Of a stretch of 64,000 nucleotides of DNA, positions 60,360-64,000 are shown in pieces. The stretch is from Basidioascus undulatus (Eukaryota), in assembly GCA_000826855.1 (NCBI GenBank), contig JTLS01000003.1, positions 1 to 64,000 on the forward strand. The letters are read 5' to 3'. The position numbers and the translations under genes were made by a program. The stretch's first letter is position 1. Each line of letters begins with the position of its first letter. The notes under the pieces were generated by a model. It worked only from the letters and a program-made list of their open reading frames with translations, did not search any database and was not told where the DNA came from.

Positions 60360-62049
60360 AGCAGCGGGAGCCGGAAGGTAGCGAGGACAGGGAGAAGGAC
60401 GTGAGAATGATATGGTGGAAGATATAAGAGAGAGAAGAGGTTGACGAGATTTGGGCCGAGAAACACGGCGTGGCACTCGATCGTCCTGGAACCACGATTC
60501 GTTGTCCCCGGTCCGAACAGAACTTCACACAAGAAGCTTGTATCAAACAACCTCCCATGCTCCAGGTAGAGGCGGAGGCACCGTTGAGTCTACCGAATTT
60601 GGGGGGAGGAAGATGAGGAGACAGCTCCGGCCAATGTCTCACCTCTGGGTGAATGACAGCCTGGTCCGATGCTGCGCGTCGAAAATAATGAATAGCCAGA
60701 AACAAGCCAAATAATTACTTTGCCTCTGTTATTCTTGCTGATCCTCCGAAATAACACATATTATTTCGGTCCTTGGATGGAGGAGGCGGAGTAACTCAAA
60801 CGATTGAGTGTGAAGTCTCATGAGCGCGGTGAATAGGAGCAGTGACTCCCTGTTTTCCACGCCCTCTGCGCAGATGATGGATGAAAGAAAGCCCTTAGGC
60901 GGTGAGTTGTGGGTGATGTGTCTGATCAAACTGAATAGGACGCAATAGGACTGTCATTGCAGCTGAGCGGAGACCGACGAGCAACCTTCCGACTCGCTGC
61001 AGCGTTATATTGGGCTGTCAGAGACCTGCCCCATCCTAGTGCCGCCCCTTCCAGTTGGTACATATCACAGAACGCTTTGGTATTCTTGTAACTGAACCAA
61101 TCAACAATAGGTCTCCGAGTCAAACTCCAACTTCAAAGGAGCCTTTAAGCCGGAACGCGTGGCACCGGATGTGCAAAACGTTGGATCGCATTTGGTAGAG
61201 TTTTCTGCATCCCTCTACCTTTGCGAACGGCAGTAAGTGGAATATAAAGGCAATAATCCAGGCCCCATACTCCTTCCCACATAGCAACACGTCCCCCCGA
61301 TGCACACACCGCCAGCACCACGTGCACCAACTGTACTCCGCTTGTCCGCACGTCCAGTCAGCTCGAGCTGCAAGATCACCTTCTCAAGGATCTTACGACT
61401 GTTAGCAGTGCGTCATGAATGGTCCCTGGATTCTCTGTAGTACCACCGCAGTTCCAGATCTCTGTGAAAGGCAACATCCCCAGTCTCTCCATTAGCCCCG
61501 GAGGATCGACATGCCTCTGGGACTCCCACCATACGCTTCATACAGTTTTAGCAAGCTCGCGTTTCCGTTTGTAAAACAAATCAATTTATTCCGAACTTAA
61601 GTTTCCTGATAAACACCCGTTGGAGAGCCGTCGGGAGGTGGACAAGCTGGGCACCCACGAGGACGCACTCCTCTGAGGCACAGCCCTGCAGCCCTGAGCA
61701 GCATCCAAGCTGCTTTGCAGAGCCAACCGCTTTGCCAAGCCCTATTCAACCGCTTTGATCCACTTGATTTCGGTCACAGGTTATTGTGGTTAAGCTTTTC
61801 TTTCTCAGTATCCACATCGTCCACTGCGGTGCCTGCCCATTCCGTCTGTCGCCGGTCCCTGTCCCAGCACAACGGTGCCCACTCCAAGTCCTGGTCGTGA
61901 ACCTTTTTGTGTCCTCCTTATACTCACGTTGCTTGACGCAAGGATGCAGACATATTTAAGCGGTTCGTCCAGGGGATGTTCCTGTTCATCGTCACTCTCA
62001 TCTCACCTTCAATTTCTAACCTTCCAACCTTCTATACTCACCATTTACA

Positions 62050-63206
62050 ATGCGTTCCACAATCGCTTTCTCTATCGCGGCCACTGTAGCCGTAACGCAG
62101 GACAGGTCAAGGCGCTCAACGATGCTAGCACCGCTGTGGAGCGTTAGCGAGTGTCAAGTCTCCATCTCTGTGAATTACTTTGACACTGAGACTTGAACTT
62201 CAGCGCTGTCCTGGCCAACAACGCGGATTTGGTGTTCGATTTCCTGAACCCCCCCGCTGCTGCAAGTCAGCCGGCGGCGAAAGCGGTGTCCTTGTGCGTC
62301 CTTCTCTTCAGATCTGAGCCCTATGTACGGTAACATGATTAAAAACTCCCCTCTAGACGTCCGCGAGGACCAATACCTTCCCCGCTCTTCTCGGATCCGA
62401 CATCGCCGTGACGGGAGCATGGCTGGAAGGTACGGACTTTTACCGTTTCCACCAACTGCGACCGAGCGGCAAGCTGAGCACAGTGATGTTGGAATAAACA
62501 GCGTGTGCGCTCATCACGCCCCACACCCACCCGCGCTCGGCAGAGTTCCAACCCTATGTCAACGGCGAACGCATCCTCACGGGCACGTTCCCCGAGAACG
62601 GCATCCATGCAGAACGAGGTCAAGCAGGGGCAGACGGTGCTGTTTGACAAGGGCAGCGTCCACTTGTGAGTCTCCATAGTCTTTGATACAGTGAGAATAT
62701 GGCCTTTCTGACTGGAGTCAAGTCTCGGGCCACAGCCAGCAGAACTTTGGCTGCGAGGAGGTCCTGTTCATCTCGGCGTTTGGCAACGATGATCCCGGCA
62801 CGGTTCAGATTGTGCGTTACATCTTCCAACTTGGCCGTAGCTGCTGCTACAATTCTAATGTTGGTTCCTGTATCAGGCCCAAGCCTTCCTCATCGAGCTC
62901 CCCTCGGGACATCGTCTCCGTCACGCTAGGCGACCAGCTCTCCCCGGAGCAATCGACGCCATCGCTGCGCGTCTGCCCGCGGAAGTTACCACCGGTCTGG
63001 TACGTTCCTCCACCGTCCCAAAATTACCCCCATCCCCAGGGCAACTCATCTTCTTCTCCCTCCGTAACCAGGCGGAATGTCGCGTCCGCTGCGGTATCGA
63101 CACCTCGGCCTCGCCGCACCCTAATAAGCGCCGCCGCTCGGAGGCCACCTTCGCGCCTCTGGATATCGCCGCTAGGTGGCGCGGGGCCAAGAAGGAGCGC
63201 CTCTAG
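62050..63206 (+). pseudogene. Spherulin/germin-like cupin pseudogene (secreted type)
   Basis: MRSTIAFSIAATVAV, DLVFDFLNP, NTFPALLG, ITPHTHPRSAEF (germin box), FPENG, FDKGSVH, QQNFGCEEVLFISAFGNDDPG, ECRVRCGI; several frameshifts (near 62146, 62608, 62907, 62951). Confidence 0.8.
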
Positions 63207-64000
63207 GAGCCCGAGTGAGGAGTGCGCTCGCGCAGCGCTGGGGCTGTCCCACTGGGATAGTGCAAATACAAGGATTTTTCAAGATAGCTTTTGATTTTCT
63301 GCTTCAAGGGTGCTGCGGCGCAAGTACTTTTCAGCACTCTTTTCCTTTATTTCTGTGTCCAAAGTGATATGGACATGCTTGCTGTTATCTTTTGTTGGCG
63401 ACACTGTCAAATTGCCCTGGAATCTGAAACGCCACATGCACCTATGCACCCATGCACTGAAAGCAAGCTGCACACCTATCGCACCCATGCCGTCAATACC
63501 ACCAGACACCAAAGAAGTTGCTGTGTCTTGCTAGCTTTTGCGAAAGATCCCATACATGGACCTTATGCGACCACATGGATGTCGCATCCGTCTGTCTCTG
63601 TCCATCGGTGTCCCATCTCTCTGTCCGCTTGTGACGCCAGGTAAAATCATTTGTGCCTCAGAACATGTGAGTTGGTTCCCAAGACAGCGCTCGCTCGTTT
63701 GCGAGCAACGTTCGTCAGCCGGCCCCCAGCCTCTCGTGCTGCTCCTTTCGACTTCAACCCTCGCTTCATCATCGACTGTCAAAACAACACCACAATCCTC
63801 ACAGTTATGAAACAAGTCATCAAGTAAGTAAGAAGGAACTAGAAAACTAAGTGGTATGTATCGCCCTACCCCCACACCCGCGTCCCCTGCACCCCTCCTC
63901 TCACCACTCTGGCATCAATCACGCATGGCTCCTCGCCCTAGCCAACGAGTTCCTGCATCAGCGAGTACTGTCATGTCAGCAAAAGGCTGACTGAGTAGGG

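Noticed and set aside
60700..61500. Short ORFs as a possible transposon relic
   Set aside because: No transposase or reverse-transcriptase motif and no terminal repeats recognised.

Overview
Intron-rich, GC-rich fungal genomic DNA, most likely a basidiomycete (GTGCGT/GTGAGT donors, CTGAC branch points, short introns). Apparently intact genes: a CMR1/WDR76-like WD40 protein, MGS1/WRNIP1, CTF18, a DUF6535-like membrane protein, a charged hypothetical protein, a DH-PH RhoGEF, a secreted SurE-like phosphatase, CYP53 benzoate 4-hydroxylase, a quinate-permease-like MFS transporter and a GDSAG alpha/beta hydrolase. The most unusual feature is a glycerol-3-phosphate acyltransferase (SCT1/GPT2 family) whose reading frame runs without a stop into a TEA transcription factor that also carries a TEAD-like C-terminal domain. 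Other genes here look truncated or chimeric (an MDR dehydrogenase without its N-terminus; aspartic-protease exons joined to the C-terminal exons of an unrelated protein), so an assembly artefact is a real alternative. Several accessory genes are pseudogenised (LaeA-like methyltransferase, F-box, GT23-like fucosyltransferase, spherulin cupin). Also seen: 4-8 nt microexons, seven NGLL(D/E) repeats in the CTF18 N-terminus, MCB-like promoter boxes and a duplicated CGG-N10-CCG palindrome upstream of CYP53. All family calls come from motif recognition by eye, not database searches, and exon boundaries are manual.
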